Origin: Candidatus Hydrogenedentota bacterium | GTDB taxonomy: Bacteria > Hydrogenedentota > Hydrogenedentia > Hydrogenedentales > SLHB01 | NCBI GenBank assembly: GCA_963674865.2 | Contig: CAXXYE010000009.1 | Coordinates: 1,504,001-1,568,000, forward strand | Length of the DNA: 64,000 nucleotides | Direction of reading: 5' to 3' | Shown: piece by piece, positions 41,593 through 51,568 of the stretch | Numbering within the stretch: position 1 is the first letter of the stretch | How the letters are laid out: every line of letters starts with the position of its first letter | Translations under genes and position numbers: made by a program | The notes under the pieces: generated by a model | Seen by the model: the letters and a program-made list of their open reading frames with translations, nothing else | What the model was told of the DNA's origin: nothing | The model's database searches: none

Positions 41593-44500
41593 CTATTCGC
41601 CGAACTTGGCGGCTTCCTCGTAAAACTGCTTCTCAACGCGGTAGTACTCTGCATCCGAAGCTGGACGTTCACTGAGCGCACTACGCTGCTTTCTGGCTTG
41701 GATCGCCTTTGACCAGAACTCGTGCGCAATATGATGCGCCACTTCCCAAGGCTTCGTATCGCTAAGATTGCCCCCGCCGCCGTAGTCGGGCGCGGTGGGA
41801 TCGGCACGCCCGCTGAAGATGTCCTCGTAGGGATTACGTCCCGGCATCTCCTCGATGAACTTCGTGATCTCCTCAAACCGGGCCAGGAGCTCCTGGCGAG
41901 CCGCGGGGTCCACCGTGTTCTCCAACTCCTGGGCGAGCTGACTGAGTTCCTTCGCGAGCCGCTCATACTTCTCGGCCAGCTTTTCGTCCTCGCTCTGCGC
42001 CGTCTGCTCGATGACTTGCTCCACTGCCTCGGACAAGTGAATGCTCGCCTGCTCCAGGGCTCGCCGCGCCTCCGCAAGCGAGGCATCGGTTCCGCCTGAC
42101 TCATAGAAGGCCCTGGACATGGCCTGTTCAAACGCGGCCATCTCTTGAATGGCCTCCTTGACAAGCTCCTCAGCCTTTTGTAGTTCCTTGGCTTCCGCCT
42201 TGTCTTGCTTTCCGGCGGCTTGGCGCAAACGGGCCAGTTCCTGCCGCAGTTGCTCTGCCGTTTCCTTCAGTGACGCCTGTTTGGCTTGCAGCATAAAGAG
42301 CTGCTCTTCGCGGGTGGCCTCTCGCGCCCCTTCCTGCGTGGAAGGAGCACCGAAAACCCCCTGTCCCTGCCCCGCGGCGCCCACATCGCCGCTTCCCGAG
42401 GATTGCGCGTTCTGGCCTTCCGGCGGCGGCGGGAGCACTCCCTCTACCGATGCCGTCGACTCTTCCTGGCCTCCGCCGCCCTCCGAGCCTCCATTCTCAC
42501 GGTTGTCTTGAGACGCCTCCGTTTGCTCGTTGGAATCGATGCGGCTCTCTTCATCCGTGGTTTCCTGCGCCTGCTTATCCTTCCGCGCCTGCTCCAGAAA
42601 ACGGTCGAACTCGCGCTTGAGTTGCTCCTGCTCGGCTTCGAGTTCCTCGAGCTTGTTCGCGATTCGCTCCAGCTCCCACTGAATCTGCTCCTTCTCGAAG
42701 CGAACCAAGTGCACTTCTTCTTCGAGCGTGACTGCGTCCGGGCCCGGCGGCGGCGGCGTCCCGCTAGCCGACCCCATAGCCATGTGAAGCATAAGAATCA
42801 GCTTCCGGAGCGCTTGATAGGCATTCTTCTCGGGGGGCACTGCGGCGCGGGCGTCGTGCCGAGAAAGCGCCTGCGAAGCCTGGCCGTAGCTGTCGAGGAC
42901 CTCGTTAATCGCCGCGACCTGACTGCGGGTGAACCTGGCGCGTGGATCATCCCGGATGAGCGTGAGCTGTTCGGTAACGAAGTCCAGGTCCTGGTTGATG
43001 GACTCCAGCCTCTCCCTGTCCTCATCGCTAAGGTCAGGCTTGTTGGCAATCACCCAGGTTTTCTTCAAAATGGCGCGCGTGTATTCAAGAATTTTGGGAA
43101 GGACCGTGTGTACGAGAGCGGGATCAATCTCTAGGCCCTGTTTAGTCGAGTCATGCGGCAAGCCCGGGCTGGTCCGGTGCCATAGCCGGCGGTAGGGGCG
43201 GATCTCGATGAAATAAATGTCGCTGACGACTTCCCCGTGCTCGCCCTCAAGGCCCACGTCCACGTCTTCGGCCGTGGCGTAGTAGAGGATGCTATCGCCA
43301 ATGTCGAGGTCGAAGGTATCAAGCTCTAGCGTGTGCGCGACGGTAGAACTTCTGGTGCCTTGTACAAGCGATGCCGGGTAGGTCTTCGGCGCGTCGGCGC
43401 CCATCTCGATTACCAGTGCCGCCGCCTTCAGGCCGAAGTCATCAGATACCTCGAAGGCTATGGGGACGCTCGATACGTTTGTTGCCAGATAGTCGCCACC
43501 GGGAGACAGTACGTTGAATTCGGGCGGCGCGTCCTTCTTGAGAAGGACCTGCAAGCCCGGAATGTTATCATTCGTGACGCCCCCGGCGTTGGTGAGCCGG
43601 AAGTTCACGAATCCTTCTTTGGTGGCCACGAGGTCACATGAAAACGTCTTCTCGGCGTCGAGGCGGGACTCAATGGCCTGCCCGTCTACTCCCGTGACGT
43701 CCGCCCCGCTCAAGGACTCCGTCACATTGACCCGCAGAGTGATCGTCGAGTTCTTCAGGGCCGCGAGTGTCTGATCTTCGACCTGTTCTGTGTAGCGCTC
43801 TCCGGCCTCGGGGAAAGGCGGCGTGACGTCCGCGTAGATCGAGGCAATCTTGGCCAGATTCGCCACCGTAATGGCGTGCGTATCCGACTGCGATCCAGAG
43901 GTCTGGAAGTGATAGGCATAGCGTCCGACGGGCAGCGCTATGTGCGCCGCGAACTGCGGCTTCTCCTCGCTGTCGTAAGTCGGTGCTAACGTCATATTCT
44001 GGACGATGACCGTTTCATCCTCCGCTTCGCCTACGAGGAGCTTGCCCTCGCGCGGCAGATAGCCCTCGATGGACGCGGCCAACTCGAAAGACACGTTTGG
44101 CTCCGTCAGGATGTCCCCAGTCTTCACAGTAAGTTGTGTGGTGGGAATGGGCTCCACGGCTGCGAGCGGATTCATAAGGCGCGTCAGATAGCGCGAAAGG
44201 AATCGTACGTTGTGCTGCAGATAGAATGTCGCGAGCCCAAGTCCGAGAACGACGGCGAGGGCGCAAGCGATGGCTTGCCACTTCGGGATCGTTGACGCAA
44301 AATCCAAGCCTTCGCTCTTGCGGCTGATTTGGCGTACCAGGTGATCCGCGAGGGACCTCGAATACGGATATCCCTCTCCTCCTTCGTAATACTCCACCGC
44401 CGTGACAAGCTGCTGCTCGAGCGCCAACTGGCGCTCAATGTGATTGGCCGCGTTGCTGCAGGAAATATGGCCGACGAGGGATCTGAGCACGTAGAACAGC

Positions 44501-44721
44501 ACGCCAATCAGGCCGGCAAGAAGAATTGCCAGCGATAAGAGACGGCCCACCACGCCCAGGTGTATCCAGTGGTCCACGAGGATATACAGCGTGATGAAGA
44601 GGGCGATGCCTAGGCAGGCGGCCGCCCCCGCTTTGAGGAGAGCCAGCGCGACCAGCCATCGCCGGACGCCCTTAACCCGCTCGACGAGGTCCTGAAGTAG
44701 TGTTTGCGTAGAATCAGTCAT
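41593..44721 (-). CDS. Large membrane-anchored coiled-coil protein (DUF4175-like)
   Basis: Three N-terminal TMs, QQLVTAVE, DDFGL and SDIYFIEIRP motifs, and a long Q/E-rich coiled-coil tail. Confidence 0.75.
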   Translation of the reverse strand: MTDSTQTLLQDLVERVKGVRRWLVALALLKAGAAACLGIALFITLYILVDHWIHLGVVGRLLSLAILLAGLIGVLFYVLRSLVGHISCSNAANHIERQLALEQQLVTAVEYYEGGEGYPYSRSLADHLVRQISRKSEGLDFASTIPKWQAIACALAVVLGLGLATFYLQHNVRFLSRYLTRLMNPLAAVEPIPTTQLTVKTGDILTEPNVSFELAASIEGYLPREGKLLVGEAEDETVIVQNMTLAPTYDSEEKPQFAAHIALPVGRYAYHFQTSGSQSDTHAITVANLAKIASIYADVTPPFPEAGERYTEQVEDQTLAALKNSTITLRVNVTESLSGADVTGVDGQAIESRLDAEKTFSCDLVATKEGFVNFRLTNAGGVTNDNIPGLQVLLKKDAPPEFNVLSPGGDYLATNVSSVPIAFEVSDDFGLKAAALVIEMGADAPKTYPASLVQGTRSSTVAHTLELDTFDLDIGDSILYYATAEDVDVGLEGEHGEVVSDIYFIEIRPYRRLWHRTSPGLPHDSTKQGLEIDPALVHTVLPKILEYTRAILKKTWVIANKPDLSDEDRERLESINQDLDFVTEQLTLIRDDPRARFTRSQVAAINEVLDSYGQASQALSRHDARAAVPPEKNAYQALRKLILMLHMAMGSASGTPPPPGPDAVTLEEEVHLVRFEKEQIQWELERIANKLEELEAEQEQLKREFDRFLEQARKDKQAQETTDEESRIDSNEQTEASQDNRENGGSEGGGGQEESTASVEGVLPPPPEGQNAQSSGSGDVGAAGQGQGVFGAPSTQEGAREATREEQLFMLQAKQASLKETAEQLRQELARLRQAAGKQDKAEAKELQKAEELVKEAIQEMAAFEQAMSRAFYESGGTDASLAEARRALEQASIHLSEAVEQVIEQTAQSEDEKLAEKYERLAKELSQLAQELENTVDPAARQELLARFEEITKFIEEMPGRNPYEDIFSGRADPTAPDYGGGGNLSDTKPWEVAHHIAHEFWSKAIQARKQRSALSERPASDAEYYRVEKQFYEEAAKFGE

Positions 44722-46769
44722 TAGCGCTTCAACCGGTTAGCCAAGAACGCCTCAACCAGTAACAGGGCAATAGCGGCCCAGGCCATTTCCCGCCACAAGG
44801 GCCGCGTCGCCTGATTGCCGGCGACCGCAGCTTCTTGAAGGCCGGATAGGGATTTCTGACGGAATACCTGGTCGAGAAGCCGCACAATGCGTGCATTGCT
44901 CGCCGGCACCATATCTGTTTCCCCTTCCGGCACGTTGATGCCGGCATAGCGGAGAGGACGCGCCAGCGAGCGGAGCCATCCGGGGGAGGTCGCCGCGGGG
45001 GCGGTAAGCCGCGATCCGGCGGCTGTTGCCTGGACCTCCGTCCCATTGGGCGTCACGACCCAAGCCGCCTGTCGGCCCGGCGCCGCGGCGAGTTCAACAC
45101 TTGTGGCGGGGAGGGAGGCGGATTCGCCGCACAGGAACGTGAGTTCGTGGACGCCCTCTTTTTCGCCAAGGAGGTAGCGGCAGAAGGCTACTGCCGCGGG
45201 TGATTTAAGAAGCGGGCCGAGCGAATCGTCTGCGCTGGTATTGACGAGTATGGTGGCGCCTTTTCCGATGGGCAGGTAGTGGAGGAATCCGACGCCGTTC
45301 GACAATACCCACAACCGCTCGGCCCCCGGCTCTGTGCCGCAATCGTAATAACCGGCCAAAGGCAGTGACTCGATCCGATAATTGTCAAGAGCCCGTATCA
45401 CGCTCCCGTCGGGATTCAGAAGATCCCCAGCGAGGATCGCGCCCGAATTGGATGCAATGCTGACAGGCCCGGTGTGCCACGTGCCGGGCACGGCCGCCGC
45501 TACGCCGGCTTCGGCCAGTTGCTGGAAGCCCACGGCGTCCGCATCCGGTGGCGTGAAGAAGATGATGGTGCCCCCGCCCATGGCGAAAGCTCTCAACGCG
45601 TCCGCGCATTCGGCTATCCGCGCAGGTAGCGATGTGAGGACGACGGCGCTGGCTGCATCCAGCATGTGCGTGTCAAAATCGCGGTGCAGTATGTGGCGCA
45701 CGGTGAGATCGTCGAAAACGGAATTGCGCGCGAAGGCTTCCAGGGCCGTCTTGACGAGAAAACCCTCCCGAACGTTGAGCGATGTGACAAGCACGTGCTG
45801 CGAATCGCGCGCCGGAAGCGCCAGGCCCAAGTAGTAAGCGTCATCCTCCGCAAGTGGATCCTGTCCGTCCAAGGCGATTTCCACGGCAGCGTAGGCATCT
45901 GCGACGGCTGACGTGGGAACGTCGAGTCGAAAGACCCGCCGAAGTCCCGGCGCGAGATCGACTTGGGCGGTGACCACGTCGCGTCCCTCGACCTTGGCGG
46001 CAAGCGTTCGGTGTTGATCCTCCAGCCCGTAATTGGCCACAGCGACGGCAAGGCTGAGGCGTTCGCTGCCGACGCCCTGCGCGGCCGCGTCAACCACGGC
46101 GGCATTGCTCACCTTTTCGGCGCCGATGACCTCGTAGTCAAAAGAGTCCACGTAGACAGGTTGCGTGTCTTCATCAAGGATGGCCGTCATGGCGGGCGTG
46201 AAGTCGCTTGCCATCCAGGCCGTCACGATGTCGTGCTCATGTTCTTTGCCCTTTGCGCCGTGCAGGGCCGCCAAGAATGGCGCCATTTCGGCTGTACAGC
46301 CGGATACCGTTACGTCCTTCAACTGCGCGAGCGCTTCATTCTTGCTCAGATCTCTGTAGGCCGTGCCCGAAGCGAGGCAGTAGAAGTGAAACACCGCCTT
46401 GTCGGGAGCGCGGTTGATCGCTTCGGCCGCCGCGGCACGCAGCTTGTCCAGGTGGTCGCCGTAAGCCATGGACATGGAGTTGTCCAGGCCGAGGTAGAAG
46501 ACAGGCCGGGGCGGCTCTTGTCTGCCGGCCAACAGGATGGCGGGCCGCGCGAACAGGGCCGCTACGAGGAGAATGATGGCGCAGCGAATCAGAAGTACCA
46601 ACAGGTTGCGAAGACGCCGGCGGGACTGACTCTCCGTCTCGCCGAGCTTGAGGAATCGCATCATCGCAAACGGCACTCGGCGGTAGCGGGGCCGTGCCAG
46701 CAGGTGTGCGAGCAACGGCCCCGCTATCGCGAGACCCCCGAAGAGAAACATGATGCCGGAAAAAGTCAC
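44721..46769 (-). CDS. BatA-type N-terminal double-TM domain plus VWA protein
   Basis: PLLAHL...PFAMMRFL...LLIRC...FARP (BatA/two-anchor motif), DNSMS MIDAS, SDF and a C-terminal TM. Confidence 0.88.
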   Translation of the reverse strand: MTFSGIMFLFGGLAIAGPLLAHLLARPRYRRVPFAMMRFLKLGETESQSRRRLRNLLVLLIRCAIILLVAALFARPAILLAGRQEPPRPVFYLGLDNSMSMAYGDHLDKLRAAAAEAINRAPDKAVFHFYCLASGTAYRDLSKNEALAQLKDVTVSGCTAEMAPFLAALHGAKGKEHEHDIVTAWMASDFTPAMTAILDEDTQPVYVDSFDYEVIGAEKVSNAAVVDAAAQGVGSERLSLAVAVANYGLEDQHRTLAAKVEGRDVVTAQVDLAPGLRRVFRLDVPTSAVADAYAAVEIALDGQDPLAEDDAYYLGLALPARDSQHVLVTSLNVREGFLVKTALEAFARNSVFDDLTVRHILHRDFDTHMLDAASAVVLTSLPARIAECADALRAFAMGGGTIIFFTPPDADAVGFQQLAEAGVAAAVPGTWHTGPVSIASNSGAILAGDLLNPDGSVIRALDNYRIESLPLAGYYDCGTEPGAERLWVLSNGVGFLHYLPIGKGATILVNTSADDSLGPLLKSPAAVAFCRYLLGEKEGVHELTFLCGESASLPATSVELAAAPGRQAAWVVTPNGTEVQATAAGSRLTAPAATSPGWLRSLARPLRYAGINVPEGETDMVPASNARIVRLLDQVFRQKSLSGLQEAAVAGNQATRPLWREMAWAAIALLLVEAFLANRLKR

Positions 46770-47668
46770 ATCAACCGCTTTCGTCTGCCCAGATAGGCCA
46801 GGAATGCCTTATCCAAAGGCTCGGATGTATCCAATAGACAGTAGTCCATGCCGCTCAGGCCCGCGCTTCGCCGGACCTCCTCCGTGAAAGCGTTGACTCG
46901 CTCACGGTAGGCCGCTTGGAGGGAACGTGGAAACGCCCTGACTCTGTCGGATGACTCGAGGTCGCGAAACTCCACGAGCCCATCGTAGTCGAGGGCGAGT
47001 TCCTGGTGGTCGAGGGTGTGAAAAATGATGACATCGTGGCGTAGGTACTTGAGATGGGCCAGGCCGGTGTAGATATCCTCCTCGTCATCGATTAGATCCG
47101 AGATCAGCACCACGATGCCCCGGCGATGAGTTGTCTCGGCCAGGGCATGCAGTACGTGGGCCAAGTTGGTTCGCCCACCAGGTTCCCCCTGTTGCAGTGT
47201 CACGAGAATTGCGTTGAGGTGCGTGCGCCGCGATCTTGGCGGTATTCTGGCCGTCACGCGCTCCGCAAACCTTACCAGGCCGACGCTGTCGCCCTGGCCA
47301 AGCATGAGGTACGCCAGGGAAGCCGCCAGCATTGCGCCATAATCGAGCTTGCTTACGGTGCCCTCCCCACGGAACGTCATGCTGTTGCTGGTGTCGAGAA
47401 GGATATACACCGGGACGTTCGTTTCCTGGAGGAACTCCTTGACGTAGAGCTTGTCGCTGCGGCCGAACATCTTCCAATCAATGAACCGCAGCTCATCTCC
47501 AGGCTCATATTGACGGTGATCACTGTACTCGACGCTGAAGCCGTGGAAGGGGCTCGGGTGCAAGCCTGCGTAAAACCCTTCCACAGCGCAGCGCGCAATG
47601 AGTTCCATGTTGCCCAGACGGCTCAAGACCTCCGGGACAAGATACTTCCTCGCGGCAAGAGCGACCAT
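46766..47668 (-). CDS. DUF58 family VWA-like protein
   Basis: GLHPSPFHGFSVEYSDHRQYEPGDELRFIDWK, LDTSNSM and ISDL motifs. Confidence 0.93.
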   Translation of the reverse strand: MVALAARKYLVPEVLSRLGNMELIARCAVEGFYAGLHPSPFHGFSVEYSDHRQYEPGDELRFIDWKMFGRSDKLYVKEFLQETNVPVYILLDTSNSMTFRGEGTVSKLDYGAMLAASLAYLMLGQGDSVGLVRFAERVTARIPPRSRRTHLNAILVTLQQGEPGGRTNLAHVLHALAETTHRRGIVVLISDLIDDEEDIYTGLAHLKYLRHDVIIFHTLDHQELALDYDGLVEFRDLESSDRVRAFPRSLQAAYRERVNAFTEEVRRSAGLSGMDYCLLDTSEPLDKAFLAYLGRRKRLM

Positions 47669-47672
47669 GATG

Positions 47673-48701
47673 CTATTTCGGAAGCGGTGTCCGCTCGAGC
47701 ACGTTGACGATAACCTGCTCGACCGAGACGCCGTCGGCTTCGGCGTTGAAGTTGGGAATCAAGCGATGGCGCAGCACCGACGGGCACACCGCCTTGACGT
47801 CCTCGAAACTCGGATTCACCCGTCCCTGAATAAGGGCCCTGGCCTTGGCGCCGAGCGCCATGAACTGGGCGGCGCGGGGGCCTGCCCCGAACTTCAGGTA
47901 TTTCTTCACGTTTTCCGTCGCAAGTTCATCCGTGGGCCGCGTCGCTCTCGCCAGGCGTACGCAGTACTCGATTACGGTGTCGCTGATAGGCATGGCCCGC
48001 AGGAGTTTCTGGAACTGAAGAATGTCATTCTTGCTCAGGACGCGTTGGACGGGGCGCTGATGGCCCATCGTTGTGCGTTTGACGATCTCATGCTCCTCGT
48101 GGGCCTTGGGATAGTCGATGTATACCATGAACATGAATCGATCGCGGGCCGCCTCCGGCAACGCATACGTGCCCTCCTGTTCGATGGGATTCTGCGTCGC
48201 CAGGACGAAGAACGGCGTGTCCAGCCGGTACGTGTGGCCCGAGGACGTGACCTCACGCTCCTGCATAGCCTGGAGAAGTGCCGCCTGTGTCTTGGGAGGT
48301 GTCCGGTTGATCTCGTCCGCGAGAATGACGTTTGCGAAGATCGGCCCCTGCACGAACTGATACCGGCGCTCCTGAGTCGCCGGGTCCATCTGGATGATCT
48401 CCGTGCCCGTGATGTCGGAGGGCATCAGGTCGGGGGTGAACTGGATGCGGTTGAATTTGAGGTCCAGTGCCTCCGAGATCGAGTGTACCAACAACGTCTT
48501 TGCAAGTCCGGGGACGCCCTCGACGATGCAGTGCCCGGCTGACAGCACGCAGCTCAAGACCCCGTCGATCACCTCATCTTGCCCTATGATGACGTTGTGA
48601 ATCTCCCGTTTCAGCGCTTCGTAGGCCTGATCCAAGCGAGCGACCAACTCGCCCCCGTTCACCTTACTGTCGGCCATTGTCTCCACCACCTTCTCTGCCA
48701 T
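47673..48701 (-). CDS. moxR: MoxR-family AAA+ ATPase
   Basis: EGVPGLAKT, RIQFTPDLMPSDITG, DEINRTPPKTQAALL and ATQNPIEQEGTY motifs. Confidence 0.95.
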   Translation of the reverse strand: MAEKVVETMADSKVNGGELVARLDQAYEALKREIHNVIIGQDEVIDGVLSCVLSAGHCIVEGVPGLAKTLLVHSISEALDLKFNRIQFTPDLMPSDITGTEIIQMDPATQERRYQFVQGPIFANVILADEINRTPPKTQAALLQAMQEREVTSSGHTYRLDTPFFVLATQNPIEQEGTYALPEAARDRFMFMVYIDYPKAHEEHEIVKRTTMGHQRPVQRVLSKNDILQFQKLLRAMPISDTVIEYCVRLARATRPTDELATENVKKYLKFGAGPRAAQFMALGAKARALIQGRVNPSFEDVKAVCPSVLRHRLIPNFNAEADGVSVEQVIVNVLERTPLPK

Positions 48702-49405
48702 GAACATTCTCCTCTGAAAGGCCGCTGCGTCATTCTTCAAGCGACTGCGCGAGATACTCTATATTCAGCAACTCATGTGCCCGTATGTCCCGTGTTCTAT
48801 AAGTCATTCTATACGATTAGGTTAACTCGCTCCCGCAGCCTCGCCTGGACAGTAGGTCTGGCGAAAATGGCCACCTCTTGGTGCGTAGCCCCCAGATCTT
48901 GCACAGGGCAGGAACTCTACGTTACTACAACGGAACAGGCGGAACATTCTTAGCTCATGCATAGAAACCCCTAAGGATTCGTCCCTCTGGCGCGTTCCGG
49001 CGCCGAGAACCCTCCTCCTCCTAGGCTTGACTCACCCCGTGCAGATGGCTGCTTGTGTCTCGTTGGATCCTGTGGGCCAACCGTACACTGGGAAAACGCG
49101 GCGATCAACGCTACTGTTGACATCCTTCGATGCTTCAATACATGAACATGCGCAACGGTTCCGATCACTTAGTGAACCGAATCATGGGATGACGGGATAC
49201 TCCGGCGGTGTCTGACGACACCTCATTCCCATTCACTATTGAGACGCTACAAGCCCCCGAGAGGTGACATGTTTGTTTCGCGAAGATCTCCGGTGCACGG
49301 TAAATTCTTCGAAATCAACGAATAAAGCCCTCCGCTACGCCAGAAGCACGTAGCAAAGGGCAAAAAACTCGCCCATTCGCACTCGCTGTTGGAGCGCGTG
49401 GACGG

Positions 49406-51553
49406 CTATTTCAGCGGCTTGACGCGAATGTTGCGGAACTCGAGCACGTCCCCGTGTCCGAGGAAGCCGATGTATCCCGTCTCCCGCAGAAGTCCGGGAT
49501 GTTCGTGGCCGTCCATGGGTCCCGGCGTGGCGGCTTTGACCACGTCCGCGCCGACGATGGTCGTTCCGTTGAGGTTCACGATGATGCGCGGGCCCTTCAC
49601 GATGACTTCCTCGACGTTCCACTCGCCCACGTCGTTTTGGGAGCCCGTCTTCGCAGGGACGACGCCATAGACGGAGCCGTGATACTGGTATGGCTTGAGA
49701 TGGGCGTATTTCTCCGCCGAATCGTCCAGAATCTGTAACTCGATGCCGTCGTAGGAGGGATGTCCCTTCGCCGGAACGTGGATACCAAGGCCATTGTTGG
49801 CCCCGGGCGTGAGTTTGAACTCGAATCGAAGGATGAAGTTGTCGTACTCATCAACGGTGAACAAGTTGCCGCCCGGACGGCAGAGGAGAACGCCGTCTTC
49901 CACCGAGTATCCGTCGGTGTCGCCTCGCCAGCCCGTCAGGTCGACGCCGTTGAAGAGCTCAATGAAACCTTCCGAGTCGGGAATCTGCTCAACGATGGCC
50001 ACGACGGCGTCCTGGGCCGCGGCTTCCTCATCCTCGCTCGGCGCTTCTGCAAGAAGTCCGAACAGGCGGGCGAGGTCGCCCTCCGAGGCGAGCACGCCCA
50101 ACGCGTTGAAGGCCGCAATGCGCACCGCCTCATCCTCGGATTCGATAGCCGCGAAGACGGTATCGAGCTGTCCCGTGGCCCGGCGCGCGGCCAGAATATC
50201 GAGCAGGGCCGGCTGCGTATCCGCCGGGGAATCCGGAAGCGCCTCGGCAACTGCCGGGACGAGAGACTCTGTCGGTAAGCGGAGCAGAGCACACTTGGCG
50301 GTGTCTCGCTCCTCGTCAGTCTTGGCCCTTTGGAGCGTCTTGAGCAGGCCGGGCACCGCCGCACCGCCGCCGAGTCGCGCTGATGCGTCGATGGCTGCCA
50401 TCCGCACGGGCTGTTCCGCGTCATCTAAGGCTTTCAGTGCCAATGGCAGGGCGGCCTTGTCTCCCCGCCGGCCAAGCATCGCGAGAATGTCTGCCCGGGC
50501 CTCCGTAGCCGCTCCCCGTGCTTTCCTCACCCATTTCTTCGTGAAGCGCTCGCCGGGAATCTCACAAGCGAGGTCGAGGGCAGCATTGCGGTATTCCTTG
50601 TCGCTACTCTCGGCGGCGGCCAAGAGGGCGCGCTTAGCGGTGCGGCCCTGGGACTGGGCCAGAAAGGCCAGCGCTGCTGCCCGCACATTGCTTTCCCCGG
50701 GATCGTGATGTGTCTTGAGCAAATCGCGGCACGCCCGTCGGGCCTGTTTCTCCTTGCCCTGCGCCGCAAGACGCCGTATGTACAGCAGGTAGAGCGAGGT
50801 GGCCTTCATGCGTTCGTAGGGCCGCCCGTTGTCGGCCGCCGCGGCCAGCATGCCCGCGGCTTCGGGGGCGCCGATATTCGCAAGCGCGTAAAGGCTTGTT
50901 AGACGGACTTTCCTGTCGGGATGGATGGCCCAATGGAGCAGCGTAGGCACGGCGGGGGCATAGCGGAGCTCGCCGGTTGCCTTGATGAGCGTGACGGCTG
51001 TAGCGTCCGTCGCGTCTGAAAGGGCCGTGCCCAGAGTCTCCGCCGCCGCCGGTGTGCCGATGGCCAACAGCGCTTGTGTGGCGGGCTCGCAGAGGTCCTC
51101 GTCCGACAACAACGCGCTGAGGGTGGGGACGGATGCGTCATCGCCCACCAGTTCGAGCTGGCTCATGAGAAAGGCGCGGACTTGTACATCGGCCAAGGCC
51201 GTACCGGGCTGCGCGTCTGACAGAGCCCTGCACAGGGATGCAGCGAGCATCGCGCGCTCCGAGTCGGCGCCCGCCCGTGAGGCGTGTTTTGCCAAGCCGC
51301 TGAGCGCGTAGCGGGCGGACGTATCATCTCCTGTTCCCGGCGGGACAAGCCCGGCGCAGATATCCGAGATCGCTTCGGGCCCAAGAGCCGCCAACTCGGT
51401 GAAGATCTGGTTGGCCTCCGCGGTGCTCTGCGCCGGAAGCCGTTCGAGCAGGCCCGTGACGGGCGACTGCGCCCCCGCCGTTGCGGCCAGACTCAGGAAG
51501 AGAACCAAGAGGCCCCGGGCCATAGTGATTCGCGTATGTGTGCTGCGTCTCAT
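49406..51553 (-). CDS. Secreted HEAT-repeat protein with a C-terminal DUF1080 (3-keto-disaccharide hydrolase-like) domain
   Basis: Signal peptide and HEAT repeats; LFNGVDLTGW, NNGLG, ELQILDD, GEWN and FRNIRVK motifs. Confidence 0.88.
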   Translation of the reverse strand: MRRSTHTRITMARGLLVLFLSLAATAGAQSPVTGLLERLPAQSTAEANQIFTELAALGPEAISDICAGLVPPGTGDDTSARYALSGLAKHASRAGADSERAMLAASLCRALSDAQPGTALADVQVRAFLMSQLELVGDDASVPTLSALLSDEDLCEPATQALLAIGTPAAAETLGTALSDATDATAVTLIKATGELRYAPAVPTLLHWAIHPDRKVRLTSLYALANIGAPEAAGMLAAAADNGRPYERMKATSLYLLYIRRLAAQGKEKQARRACRDLLKTHHDPGESNVRAAALAFLAQSQGRTAKRALLAAAESSDKEYRNAALDLACEIPGERFTKKWVRKARGAATEARADILAMLGRRGDKAALPLALKALDDAEQPVRMAAIDASARLGGGAAVPGLLKTLQRAKTDEERDTAKCALLRLPTESLVPAVAEALPDSPADTQPALLDILAARRATGQLDTVFAAIESEDEAVRIAAFNALGVLASEGDLARLFGLLAEAPSEDEEAAAQDAVVAIVEQIPDSEGFIELFNGVDLTGWRGDTDGYSVEDGVLLCRPGGNLFTVDEYDNFILRFEFKLTPGANNGLGIHVPAKGHPSYDGIELQILDDSAEKYAHLKPYQYHGSVYGVVPAKTGSQNDVGEWNVEEVIVKGPRIIVNLNGTTIVGADVVKAATPGPMDGHEHPGLLRETGYIGFLGHGDVLEFRNIRVKPLK

Positions 51554-51568
51554 GTCCTTCTCCGTGTC

